A stretch of DNA of 64,000 nucleotides from Obrimoposthia wandeli (Eukaryota): positions 310,001-374,000 of the forward strand of contig CDROCS010000407.1 in assembly GCA_977020255.1 (NCBI GenBank), given 5' to 3'. A model generated the notes under the pieces. The model did not search any database, was not told the origin of the DNA, and saw only the letters and a list, made by a program, of their open reading frames with translations. This document shows, one piece after another, positions 48,901-59,430 of the stretch (the first letter of the stretch is position 1; the number at the start of each line of letters is the position of its first letter). The position numbers and the translations under genes are program-made.

Positions 48901-50175
48901 CACCAGTTGAGAAAGTTGATTTATTTGTATTTTATTTCAAGGCCATGCGAGAAAAATGAATTTCTAAAGAGCATTTATCAACCATTAACATTCTTAACAG
49001 TAGTTGCTTGAATACTTTCTTATATCTTTTCACTGTCATCCGAGCTTTCTTCCAACGTTTCATCAATTGATGATTTTGCTTTATAAGCATGGATCATCCA
49101 AGCTACCAAACGGGTCAAGTTGGCGTTCTCTTCCTCTATTTCTTGCATAGACAGTACGTTGTCAATAACTTCCTTTATAAGATGATTTGTTAATTGTTTG
49201 TCTTCTAGTGTTGCAATAAATTTTTTTCTTCGATAAACGCAGCAACGTTAAATCAATTTTTGATTGTAGAAATTTCAACACAATCCGTAAAATCTACTTC
49301 TAATTGAATAAGCTTTAAAAGATTCAATAGCATTTTCCTTTAAACTTTTCAATAAAATTTTTTTTATGTTTGAATTTAGTTTATGGTAAATAATCGAAAT
49401 TGAATTTTTTATTAAAACGTGAAATGTGATATATATATACAGAATATTAACCTCAAAAATCATGGTACTATAAAGAGGGATTACACTTTTTTAAATCTAA
49501 AATATTTGCACTACATCAAATAGCACTATAACAGAGGGGCACTATAGTAGGTGGATGTGTCCGGTCTAATGTGTACCCCCCATTCGTTGCTTTTCAATTT
49601 TTTTAAAATTTCACTGCACACACGTACGAAATTTCACTCTACACACATGCACAGTTTTAAAGGACAGTAGTAGCCCCCCGGGGGCAGGGGTGTATTAAAC
49701 CGTAAACATCCACCTACTCACTATATCGAGGATTGGCTGTTTATGAAATTCTTAGCAACGTTCATTTTGAATTATTATGGATAATTATACTTTAATTTAG
49801 ATTTCCAGCTATGTATGATAATGCCCTATATTCAGAATTTAATTTCACCGATACCAGTACACTTTTTAATAATTATATAAATCTAACCCTTCTAATGATC
49901 TTTTTTAGTCAGAAAACGTAATTTTATCCAAAAAAATTGGGGTCTTCTAAGAGTAACCTCGATCATTTGTGAACTTTATTCAAAGTTGGAGCTTTGTGCT
50001 GGAACAACGAACCTAATCACTGTCGAACAAAGTTTAATCGAAATCCAATAGTTTCATTATTAGTGAATTAACAGAAATTGAAGACTCACTCTTTGATTTT
50101 GCTGTCCCTCTCTGATTGTGTGCAGCAACTGAAGACAATTGACTCGTGATCCCCAGAATCTTCTTTTTTGATGAT
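33767..50175 (-). CDS. Ras GTPase-activating protein, SynGAP/DAB2IP/RASAL2 (nGAP, raskol) family; PH end, C2, RasGAP, tail; 5'-incomplete
   Basis: 13 GT-AG exons join in frame (2310 nt, 769 aa plus stop). PH FSCCTQSERD; C2 LKITVQEA, YYCDIKLNDILYARTS, YWGEEFD, EKWY; arginine finger LILRGNS; SACLFLRLVCPAIMTP; LVAKCVQNVANF. Confidence 0.92.
34853..35079 (-). CDS. RasGAP exon (acidic tail)
   Basis: gttcag|GEDNSMADILELELQK...KGSFE AA|gtgagt. Confidence 0.78.
35537..35757 (+). mobile_element. Tc1/mariner N-terminal HTH fragment in a RasGAP intron
   Basis: SVEERILLEKCFY...PNRHTVRIHITKFEKEGTVHNLLKSGRPR matches the TIxxxVxKFExTGSVxDxxRSGRPR pattern. Confidence 0.7.
35970..36158 (-). CDS. RasGAP exon (tail)
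   Basis: ttatag|PCTVAQIK...LVRSQG|gtacgt. Confidence 0.8.
36222..36314 (-). CDS. RasGAP exon
   Basis: tttcag|TTSLIDDTKQILADLK...DTIDK|gtaatt. Confidence 0.8.
36437..36727 (-). CDS. RasGAP exon (GAP C-terminus)
   Basis: gtgcag|VAKCVQNVANF...DRSNIKV|gtgagc, after an 86-nt intron. Confidence 0.9.
36814..37018 (-). CDS. RasGAP exon (FLR motif)
   Basis: ccgcag|T RVRAVFREV...LFLRLVCPAIMTP...RAFTL|gtcagt. Confidence 0.92.
38793..38986 (-). CDS. RasGAP exon (GAP core)
   Basis: ttgcag|YLKAVLGDMIRDV...KIFANIHVLP AG|gttagt. Confidence 0.9.
39753..41270 (-). mobile_element. hAT transposase (ZNF862-like), 5'-truncated, one frameshift
   Basis: TSDGAAVMLG, HCVLHR (CxxH), EVRWLSR, SSVDCERGFSLMNSIKTKLRSSL; ORFs 40783-41133 and 39947-40882 join by a 1-nt shift near 40883; TIR-like CAGGGCTCCCGCTAA at 39753 with subterminal TTGTGCGCT repeats. 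Confidence 0.9.
42204..42280 (-). CDS. RasGAP exon (arginine finger)
   Basis: gtgcag|AT INLILRGNSMGSKAIECFLKMECHT|gtacgt. Confidence 0.88.
42560..42838. mobile_element. hAT-type MITE (279 bp)
   Basis: Inverted GGCTGGATTTA/TAAATCCAGCC; near-perfect 8-bp TSD TTTGTTAT (42552-59)/TTTGTCAT (42839-46). Confidence 0.8.
43387..43833 (-). CDS. RasGAP exon (C2 end, linker, GAP N-terminus)
   Basis: cacgcag|GC QVNISP...EKWY...LLRLSARY...LEPYITAKYRE...ESKEC G|gtaggt; the acceptor was chosen for phase fit (the AG at 43850-51 is out of phase). Confidence 0.88.
45554..45639 (-). CDS. RasGAP exon (C2)
   Basis: ctacag|G GLPKIEMISVTIWK...PEVV T|gtaagt. Confidence 0.85.
46296..46394 (-). CDS. RasGAP exon (C2)
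   Basis: ttccag|G YYCDIKLNDILYARTS...WGEEFDL AA|gtaaca. Confidence 0.9.
47194..47295 (-). CDS. RasGAP exon (C2 start)
   Basis: tttcag|A LIEQ...SLKITVQEASNLGLKN CG|gtgagt. Confidence 0.85.
47550..48500 (-). mobile_element. Degenerate Tc1-like transposon in a RasGAP intron
   Basis: LDLNISERSV; RLKWSMRH; LDGRIKV...VLI*GAI; MNSKSYVNVLENY; NTIESI*SLMKKVI in the expected order; heavily frameshifted. Confidence 0.65.
49546..49718. mobile_element. 173-bp miniature inverted-repeat element with AG...CT termini and 6-bp TSD
   Basis: Perfect 13-bp AGTAGGTGGATGT/ACATCCACCTACT ends, imperfect to ~30 bp; CACTAT at 49540-45 and 49719-24. Confidence 0.78.
50090..50175 (-). CDS. RasGAP exon (end of PH domain)
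   Basis: atacag|IIKKEDSGDHESIVFSCCTQSERDSKIK GA|gtgagt. Confidence 0.78.
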
Positions 50176-53100
50176 CTGTATGAACGACAGTAATATAAGT
50201 TATGTAGAAAAACTAAAACCGTTTTACCGGTCCCAATTTAAATTTTTATGTGTATTTTTAAAATTAAATAATATCTTTACACCAACATTTATAAATAGGC
50301 TAACATTTCCCATTGACAGTTTTAGTTCTGTCAATGAGTTTTGTCTCATACTTCTTTTCTTTTTAATGTTTTTGTTATGTTGCAATGAATAAACTAAACG
50401 AGCTTGGTTGGTTAGAGGAAGTATAAATTGTAACATAATGACAATTATGCAGAAGTGTTTATTTTAACAACAGCCAGCAAATCTCCATGGGCGAATAACA
50501 CAAAAAAGATAAATAAATTTGCGTGACTTCAAAATCAAAATGAGAAGAAAACCGTTAATCTGACATCGTTATTATTTCTCACAAATAATATTATTATTGC
50601 TGTCTAACTTTGAAGTGCAATAAAACTTTTGATGTAACAGCTAATTAACGACACAGTTAACGAAACCAAATGTAGATTTGTTTGCCATCAGCCTAGCTGT
50701 TTGTCAAACATTGGTAATAAAGTAGACCTTATAGTGATAAACGCCTGTTGTTATTGTCTAAATCAGCTACAAAGCATTTGTGAAACTGCACCATCATCAA
50801 TCATTAAGAACAAATATCAATCATCTCACAACACACCGAAGAGCCAGCGTGGATCAGATGCAAGATCTGCAAAGTGCTGCACTCACTTGCACAAGTGCTA
50901 AATTCATTACAACACAATGTTGAAACTTTCTACAACTTCTGTACAAACGTAACAAAAGCTCACTTCATTTATATAGCCTAAATTAACTTGTTAAGATTAC
51001 AAAAGAAAACAATTTATTGGGATTGTAAGTTTCCAATAAATGTTTAGATTTTTCTGAAATTTTTCACAAAAATCTTCATAAGAAAAAATCCTCACTCATT
51101 TTCGATGTTACTAATTTTTTTGCAAGCTAATTATTGACCCTAACGAATGATCATTGCAGAAATTATCACAGTAATAACTGTTTCGATTAATGTCAGAATT
51201 TAAAATAATGATATGATATGATAAGATAATCTTTTTTCGAATAGGATTGAATTAAGATGCTAATCAAAGTAAAAGTCGATTGAAACAGCTGATATTCGAT
51301 AAACAGCGGGTTAGAGCTCGTGTGTCAACAGCAAGTGACGTAATCATTCTCTGAACATGACTCGATTACGTCACTGTCTCACACAGAAAGCTACAAACGT
51401 AGGTCAATAAATGATGCACCGATTCCAGCCGAACCAAGAGCCAAATCAAATGCTGATCATGTTTAGAACTGGTCGGTGAATTGTAGGAAAATGAAGGAGG
51501 GAAAACAAGCAGATTAAATAAATAGTCGACGATCATATTCTTACCAATGAATAACTGCCTATCCATTAAGGAGGTTAACTTCAAAATATTTCTGCTTCTG
51601 CTGTTTAAATTGAATAAAACGGGGAAATAATTTTATCAAGAAAAACTGTAATTTTTTATTTCCATTAGATAAAAACTTTATTTTTCTATTTTAGAAACCC
51701 AAATTTGTAATTTTATCTCTTATGACTAAATAACAATAAATGAAAATATTAATAATTTTACTGAATTACAATTTAAACTACAAATTCAGAATTAAGAAAC
51801 TTAATATTATCTGAATTAAAACACAGCTGTTTCCACTCTTGTAACCTAAAAAGCCATAGGGAAAGTACATGGGGAAAATAGTTTTTCCAAGAGAACAAGA
51901 ACAGTTTATCAATTGATGTTGAACATGGTAATGTTCGGGTCAAAAATTCCTACTTATTCATCCCAAAACAACAGGATTGGCAAAATTAGTACTCCCTATT
52001 TTCATTATTTATATACGTTGTTTGCGTTAAAATTGTAACAAATATAAGCCCAATTTTCAAATTGAATTTATTAATTACTATTAATTAACTAATCACCATT
52101 TCTTGTTAATCCTTTCAACGTCAGTAACTTTTGATTGTTTATACATCTTCTCAACTTTACTTATCTCATCAACGTCATTAATTAGACTCATTTTCATTTT
52201 AAAATTGTATTTCAATACATAACTTTATGAAACCATTAGCAACTTAACATTAAAATAATATAATTATTTAAAATTTATTCTTGATTTTGTCTTTGATGAC
52301 TTCCTTGATGCAACCCGAAAACTGGGTTTTATAAAAATAAAATTATCTAACACTTTTGTTTTGATATTTTGAAAATTTATCATGCTTAAATTTATAAGAC
52401 TTCACCGAACAAAAAACTGGAATCAACTGAAAAATATCCCTGAGCAGTACATCAAAGAATTCTGCCTTTTCCAGCTACAAGCATGAGGTTGCTTCATTTC
52501 ATTGTTATTTCCCTAATTTCTGAGAATCTTAACTAAAAATAATTTAGCTTAAGAGCTCCTGAATTTTTTCTTTGTCCGTTTCATAAATAAAATTTGGATT
52601 TCTTTCCCTAATGAAACAGGTATGGAAAAATTTACGAAACAGAATATTTAGTTTCCCGTATTTTAAAATTGCAAAACTAGAATTATTAAAATAATTATAA
52701 ATAGATCTAGTAACACGTTGATTTTCAGAAAACAAAAAATTCAAAATCCAAATATATTAATAACCAAAATAGAAGCTTGAAACCTAATTACTTTCGAAAT
52801 TAATCATAAAACTGCTCATTTGATTTTATTCTTCTAATAACTTTGAGTTTATCTAATTTTAAATTATTGAATAAAATTCCAATAAAAAATTAATAAGACA
52901 TATTAAATGATTATATAAAAGAAAAATAGCTATATGTTTATATCATTTTCGAATAAAGTTAAATCTTCTTTATTTTATTAAAAATTATATTAGAGCCAAA
53001 CAATTTTAAATTTAATTGGTGTAGAAAAAGTATGGTAGAAAAATAGATTACGTTAACAAATTCGAAATAAAACCAATTAATTTAATTTTGTGTATTGTGG

Positions 53101-55438
53101 TAAATTTTCTTGTTTTGTGGTAATATTATAGATTTGAACACTTTTTTTTTAATTGATTAACTGTAGATCTTATCTTAGACATATTTTATAAGAACTTGTA
53201 AAATTGTATTTCTTAATTTTAGAAACTCATTTAATTTCTGGAAAAAATATTTTCATTATAGCGATTTTTAAACTAATTTGAGTAAATTCAAATTTTAAAA
53301 GTTTATTCAACATAAAATTAATAATGTATCCAAAAACTGTTTTTAATGATATTAATAAATTACATGGGAAGTTTCATTGTTTCCTTAAAATAGATATTTT
53401 TTAATAATTTCTTTAGATAAGGACTCTTTATGAATACCAATGGTTAAAATTCCTTAGGAAGCTTTGTAAAAATTACAAACCATCAAAAACTGTTCGTATC
53501 GTATTACGGGATGTGTCACTAAACAGGAATTATCAGCCACCAATCTTATACCTTTTGTCGAGGCACTATCTTCACACCTTTTATTCATTGTTATTGTGAT
53601 TAATAGATAAGAAAATAGTTAAATTCACGAATCACAAGCACTCAGAATAATCTAGTCACTGGGTTGAGTCTTTCATTTGTTTAGCAAGAAATTCTGACAA
53701 TTTAATACAGTTGGTCATAAATTCTCACTTTCTTTTGTCATCAATATGTACTACGAGAGTGTTGCACCTACACTAATCTAATCTACGATAGTGACACAAT
53801 GCGCCCTCTACCAACCACTTATAAACAACTGCAATCTCGGCTGAATCGAGTCACACTTCCACACAATCACACCCAATGTGACCAACTCGTTTGCCAATCA
53901 CACCCAACACGGGACCGAGATATGGCCAGTACAGCTGAGATCTCTCCACTATCTCGATCTCACTTTGGAGTCGCCTGAATAAACGGCCATTTCACACCAA
54001 CACAATCCCAGCTATCGATCTCAACCTTAGTTCTTCACAAAACATCGTCCAACACGGTCGTGTAAACAAAATATCAAAACCCAGATATAAGCCAGAAAAC
54101 AAATTGTTCTAAAGTAAAATAATGACAATTAAAATATAACGAAATAACTTGAAAACCTTCAAAGAAATGAAAATCATTTCACATAAAATATTCTCGGGTC
54201 CACAAATGTTGAAATATTTACAAATTCAAATAGAATTTTAAGGCCTATTTGAGAAGTAGCTAGGTGCTGGTGCTATTGTAAATTACTATAGAAAAACACC
54301 GAGAAACAACAGCTGACCAACAAAAGTTGTACAAGTTGACCATCAAGTTCGGATCTGACTATGGTAGAATTTTGGTTGAGGACAAACGTCCAAGTCCACC
54401 GATTGATGAGTTACAGACTTGACTCATACGTTGAGTAATTTTGACAATATTATAATTGAAAAAGTTTACAGACCTTGCCTACAGCGTCGATAACAGTTTG
54501 ACTTCATATAAGTACCTTTATGATCTGTAAAAACAAGTATATTTAAAATTCGATTTGCGTCAATTGACGCTACCATGCTCCCAGTGTATTATGGAATACT
54601 GAAAGTTAGATTGAATAATGTCAAAACTTTTAAATGAAAATTATTTAAAACTCCATGATTATCTGTGCACTAATAAACGCACAGAATAATGAAACATTGT
54701 TATCATAAGGTAGTTCACTTAAGCATTCATTCAAGCTAAACTCTCAATTTCTCACCTTTTGAATGACAAAATTCAGGGATTTATTTAGGACAGGTAATTA
54801 TCGAGATATTAGTATGAGAACCTAAAATTTATTCCAAGGCTATGTAGAAAATTAAGAAGCATTTAACCTAATACCCACATGAAAATAACGTTAAAAAATC
54901 AAGAAAATCAATAAGCGAATTAAATTAACATTTCAATATCTGCCATCTCCAGAAAGTCGGATCATTATTAGCACCTATTTTATTAACAACGTATTAGCTG
55001 CATGACTGAAAGGCTGGCAAAACACAGTATTATGTTTGCAAGTCGACTTTCAGCAAATTTTGAACTTTGTTGTCAATTAAGAGTTAAATATCATCACCTA
55101 CTAAAAATCCATCTTGAGGTGGCAATTGGGAATCCAGGTCACATACTGATTCATATCGACAGCTGAACCGCATGTTAAACTGGCCTAGCAAAGTAAACTG
55201 ATCGTCAGTTCGTAATGTGCAGTGTGTGTGAAAATTGTGCCGAGGTTTATTGCGCGACAGTCAAAGTCGCACTTTGTGCAGGTACGAAGCGATCTGGATG
55301 TGCGTGTGATTTTAGTGAGGCTCATTTCTTTGGCGGCCATTGGTTGCGATCAGTCGGCTAGTGAAGATGCACCAAAGTCGTCTGGAGATGGAGAATGGCT
55401 TGTTGTGCCTCGTGACAATTTTCGTCATCTACTCTCAC

Positions 55439-55546
55439 TGGCAACGATGACTCAAACGGTGACAGTGCGTCATTGTCAGTCCAATAATCACTGCTTCTGT
55501 GAGGTTTCAGAAGTCGGTAGCACATCTTAAGCGACTTCAAACAACT
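55439..55546 (-). CDS. Candidate upstream exon, possibly of the RasGAP gene
   Basis: ctttgtctgtttttccag| 36 open codons SCLKSLKM...ESSLP |gtgaga; phase 0-0; no homology support. Confidence 0.3.
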
Positions 55547-56974
55547 CTGGAAAAACAGACAAAGGAACAAATATAAATTTTCAAATACAGTAATGAAAAT
55601 GTGCTATACGTTTTTGTTATATATAGTTTACAGTTAATAGTTGACATTCTTTAAATTGTAAAATATCTTTTATGTGATGGTCTCTTGACAGTGAAGAGAA
55701 ATGGAAGCAATTTACCCGTAAGTTTTTGGAGATACTGACCCTTTAGCCACCGTCAAGATGTCATAAAAATAGAAGATTGTCGAATGGTGTGTTTTATTGT
55801 TCATTAACTAAGTGCTCAAAGAAACATTCCGTCGTTCAAGTTTACAAAATAAATGGCATTTGGAGTGTGTCTAGTAAAGCGAATGATTAGAAGCAATGGG
55901 GATGTAACGCCTTTGTGTGGCTTTCTGTTTTGAAGTCGCACGATTTAACAGTGAGCCATTTTGGTAAGCTAAACTAGCGATGTATAGACATAGCTCCATC
56001 GTACCCATTTCAAGCTCAACATGGCATTCTTTCCACGTAGTAGACCGTCCCATTGATAGTTGACATGGACAGTATTAATCTCGTAAATACCACATAGCTA
56101 GTTCACCTTATCAAAAATGGCTCACTAAGCATTTGAATTAATTTGTGCAACTAATATGAAGGAAAAAAAGCCACGTATTGTACCCAAACAAAATTAAAGA
56201 CTAAGGAGCACTTTACACCAAAGAAAGTCAAAAGGGACAAACAAAATATTATAAGATGTTCGAAATATGATATAAAGGTAACGTCCAAAATGGTTAGTAA
56301 TCAATTAACACAATGAATGACGCAAAAAATATGTTCAAACAATCATTTTAGTTTTTACTTCGAAATGTACAGAAATTATTTAAATTGTGAAATGTTATAC
56401 ATCTGATTCGGGGGAATCAGAAAAATCTCAAGGCGGGAAAAATCATTCATTTTGAACTCAAAAAGCCAATCCACTTTAGTCCATTTAAGGATAAGATAAG
56501 TTTTTCCCAAGATAATTTTCGATTTTTTCGTTCGGTAGTAACTGTGTGATGATGTTTTTTTATGTTAATTTAAAACGATCTGATGTTGGAGTGAGTCACA
56601 GGTTTGTGAGTTCGGTTTCAGTTGAACATTGGTCAAACTCTTACTAGAGTTCTTACTAGATGGATCGATAAATGAGGTCACTTTGACACTGTACTCTCCT
56701 CTATTACTAAGCCAGGTCACGTATAGACGGCCAGGTATGTGTGTTTTTATACATGGTTTCTTTACATGTATGAGTATTACTCAAAATAAACGGAAAATGG
56801 ATCGTCAAGTCAATGTCTAGATCGTTCTCAAAAACCAATTAAACTACATAACAAATAATAGCTTTTATTTTATCACTTCTTCCGTAATCCGCAGTATTCA
56901 GCGATGATTGGATTTAGTGTATTTATTTGTATTTATATATGATTGATTTATAATTAGTAACACAACTTTCTCAG

Positions 56975-57328
56975 AGAATGTCAATGCAGCTCTGTGTATG
57001 GAGGCTTCGGGGTGGAAATAGGTGGCTCTTTGATTTTGCCAATACAAGTAACAGGAGTAACGAGAAAAAGATAATCTGACACGACAGAGTTAAGGCAATA
57101 TACGGGAAATGAGGAGTTAGTGAGGAGCTTGGAAACAGCTGGCCAAAGCGTGCCATCAGTTTCTGGAAATTCCGTGTGGAACACCCACTGGAGCTGTGGG
57201 CTGAGAGATCCATGGCTGACCTGTGCCGGCACTATCCATCTGCAATTGATTCAAAGGGAGCGGAGTTCGACCCCAGCCTGAACAACAACCTCACCAGAAA
57301 TATCATCTACTGTCCAGTTCATTTTTAA
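56975..57328 (+). other. Coding-like plus-strand frame (118 codons) with two in-frame TGA; unidentified exon or pseudogene
   Basis: Strong acceptor ctttctcag|; from 57122 synonymous bias (AAC, TTC, GAG, ATC, CTG) resembles the RasGAP exons; ends in TAA at 57326-28. Confidence 0.4.
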
Positions 57329-58569
57329 AGAAACCCAGGTTGTGTATTTTGATCAATATATTTTCTGACTTATAGACCAACTGACTTATAGGCAATTGAG
57401 GGAATTACACTTGACTGTGGTTACCTACGTTGGAATTGTTAAAAGATATCACTTCTCAAGGGTACACTCTATGACACAAATTTATTCAACTTACTTCAAG
57501 TAAAGATGAGGAATTTCCCATTGAATATTAAATAACTTTAACGTTCTCAGTAGATGTGAAGTATCTAAAAATACTTTTAAAGTGTAAACATTGTTTTTCA
57601 CCAAAAATCCAACTTCAGTAAGAATATAGGTCAATTTATACTTGCAAATTTATAATTAGAAGTGTAGAAGTATATACAATATTTTATGGATATGTCAAAT
57701 ATTTGTAATTGCAATTTGATTTGTGGAATGCACTATTACGTTAACTAACGATTCCTTATTTCTGATCATTGACCTTAAATAAGGTCACTGAAACTATAAG
57801 ACAAGGTCACAATTGGTAAATGGGGCTAACCAGTCTGCATATTGAACAATTTTCATTATGCATCTTGGTACAATTAACAAAGTTAGTGTAAACGTGAAAA
57901 TTTTCAGAAGAAAAATAAAATACTTTTAATTTTAACGAGAAAATTTAAACAATTAGTTGAACTACGATAAAATATTTTGTTTTGTTCAGCATGGAGTTGA
58001 GCGGAGTTGATCCTATGAAAATGCTGTTATTAATTTGATTTTATTTATTAAAAATGTTGTATTGTGGTAAAATAAATATGAACTGCATACAATCTGATAA
58101 GTTAATAAACTGTAAAATAAAATGTTTCAAATCAGCCTACATTTTTCTGATAAGTGGAATTTTGTTGCTTAATATTGGCAACTAAACACCTTTAATGTAT
58201 ACTTTATCAGGGTGTCGAACGACTAGCAAAAAATAATTCGTAATTGTAATATTTTACATTTCTATCTGTTGCTATTTTATAATTTCTTACATCAGCTTTG
58301 ACAACAACCACTCCCTCGCTTTAGACTGCGCAACAAACAAATCGCAATGAAGCCAAACCTACTAACGAATGAAGTAACAGCTAAAATGCAATTGGGTCGG
58401 TTTTCTGAAAGCAATTTGTCTAATCGATATTTAGACGCAGCAGTTGATTCGTTTAAGGCATTTAGTTTTGACAATATTGCATATAGAGAAGTAAATTCAA
58501 CTGTCATTATTTAATCCCAGTATATTGGGATTAAAAATAAAAATATGCCAGCATCCCAAAAATAAAATA

Positions 58570-58800
58570 CCTCTTTTCCTATGACACTATTTATCAAACG
58601 ATTTGTCACGCAAATGTGATCGTAACTTAGCATAGAAGCCTGTCTCAAAGCAAGTATGCTCAGCTTCAACAGACGTCAGCAGATTGGCATAAAATATTCT
58701 TAGGCCACGTTTTGATGGTGTTTGGTTGAAATAAGATAGCTGACGGCAGCGATGGTTTCATTGCCATCCTGTTTCTGTAGTCATTAGCTTCTGAATTCGT
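58570..58800 (-). mobile_element. hAT dimerisation-domain remnant
   Basis: LLTSVEAEHTCFETGFYAKLRSHLRDKSFD resembles PTSVEAERAFS...TKLRSRLSDKSID. Confidence 0.45.
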
Positions 58801-59299
58801 TTTGGTGACGAGGTTGCAAGTTGCGTACACAAATGTACATGACATTGCCTCTTATGTGAGAGAAAAATGCAAACAGAATTGACAAAATCACCAGTGTATG
58901 TAGTTTACTGTGACGAAAATCTCAAAACGTTGAACAACCCGTGTAAATTTAGCAGCTCTGCGTCAAATAAAATATGAATGTCCTGAGAAAACTTCATCGA
59001 TATTTTATTCAAAAAATCTGCAGAAAGTATGGTTCAACACCCTGTTTAATATACAATTTTATTTAAAATGCTATTATGGTATAATAGAAGTATATTAAAT
59101 ATATTATTCAATCTGAAAATTGTTGACTGTATAAATTTAATAATTTCCTTTACGTTTGGTTGAGCTTATTTTTATTCAACTACTTGAAAAACTACATCGG
59201 TTTCCTATAAAAGCAAGTTCTTATGATAATTTAAAAATGCTTTTATATTAAGCGATATATACTTATAAAAAGCTAATAAATATCCGAAGAAATGACAAA

Positions 59300-59430
59300 G
59301 AGCTTCACGATTTGAAGATCGCCTATTTATAACATATGTTGCAAATTTGTATAATCAGTTGCCACTTCAAACTAGGAATAATGATGTCTATATGTTTATT
59401 TTTAAAACTATTGGTAAAACATTACTGACA
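59300..59430 (+). mobile_element. Possible LINE (CR1/L2-like) ORF2 C-terminal remnant
   Basis: FITYVANLYNQLPLQTRN...FKTIGKTLL resembles the LWNxLPxxIR...FKxxL terminus. Confidence 0.3.

Noticed and set aside
51340-51600. Missing PH-domain exon(s) of the RasGAP
   Set aside because: Splice-like sites exist, but no combination gave a stop-free, phase-correct join with PH similarity.
55871-56053. WKECHVELEMGTMELC as PH beta-strands
   Set aside because: No acceptor after the upstream stop and no good donor; similarity is superficial.
58292-58507. 71-aa minus ORF as a small gene
   Set aside because: No recognisable motif or convincing splice context.
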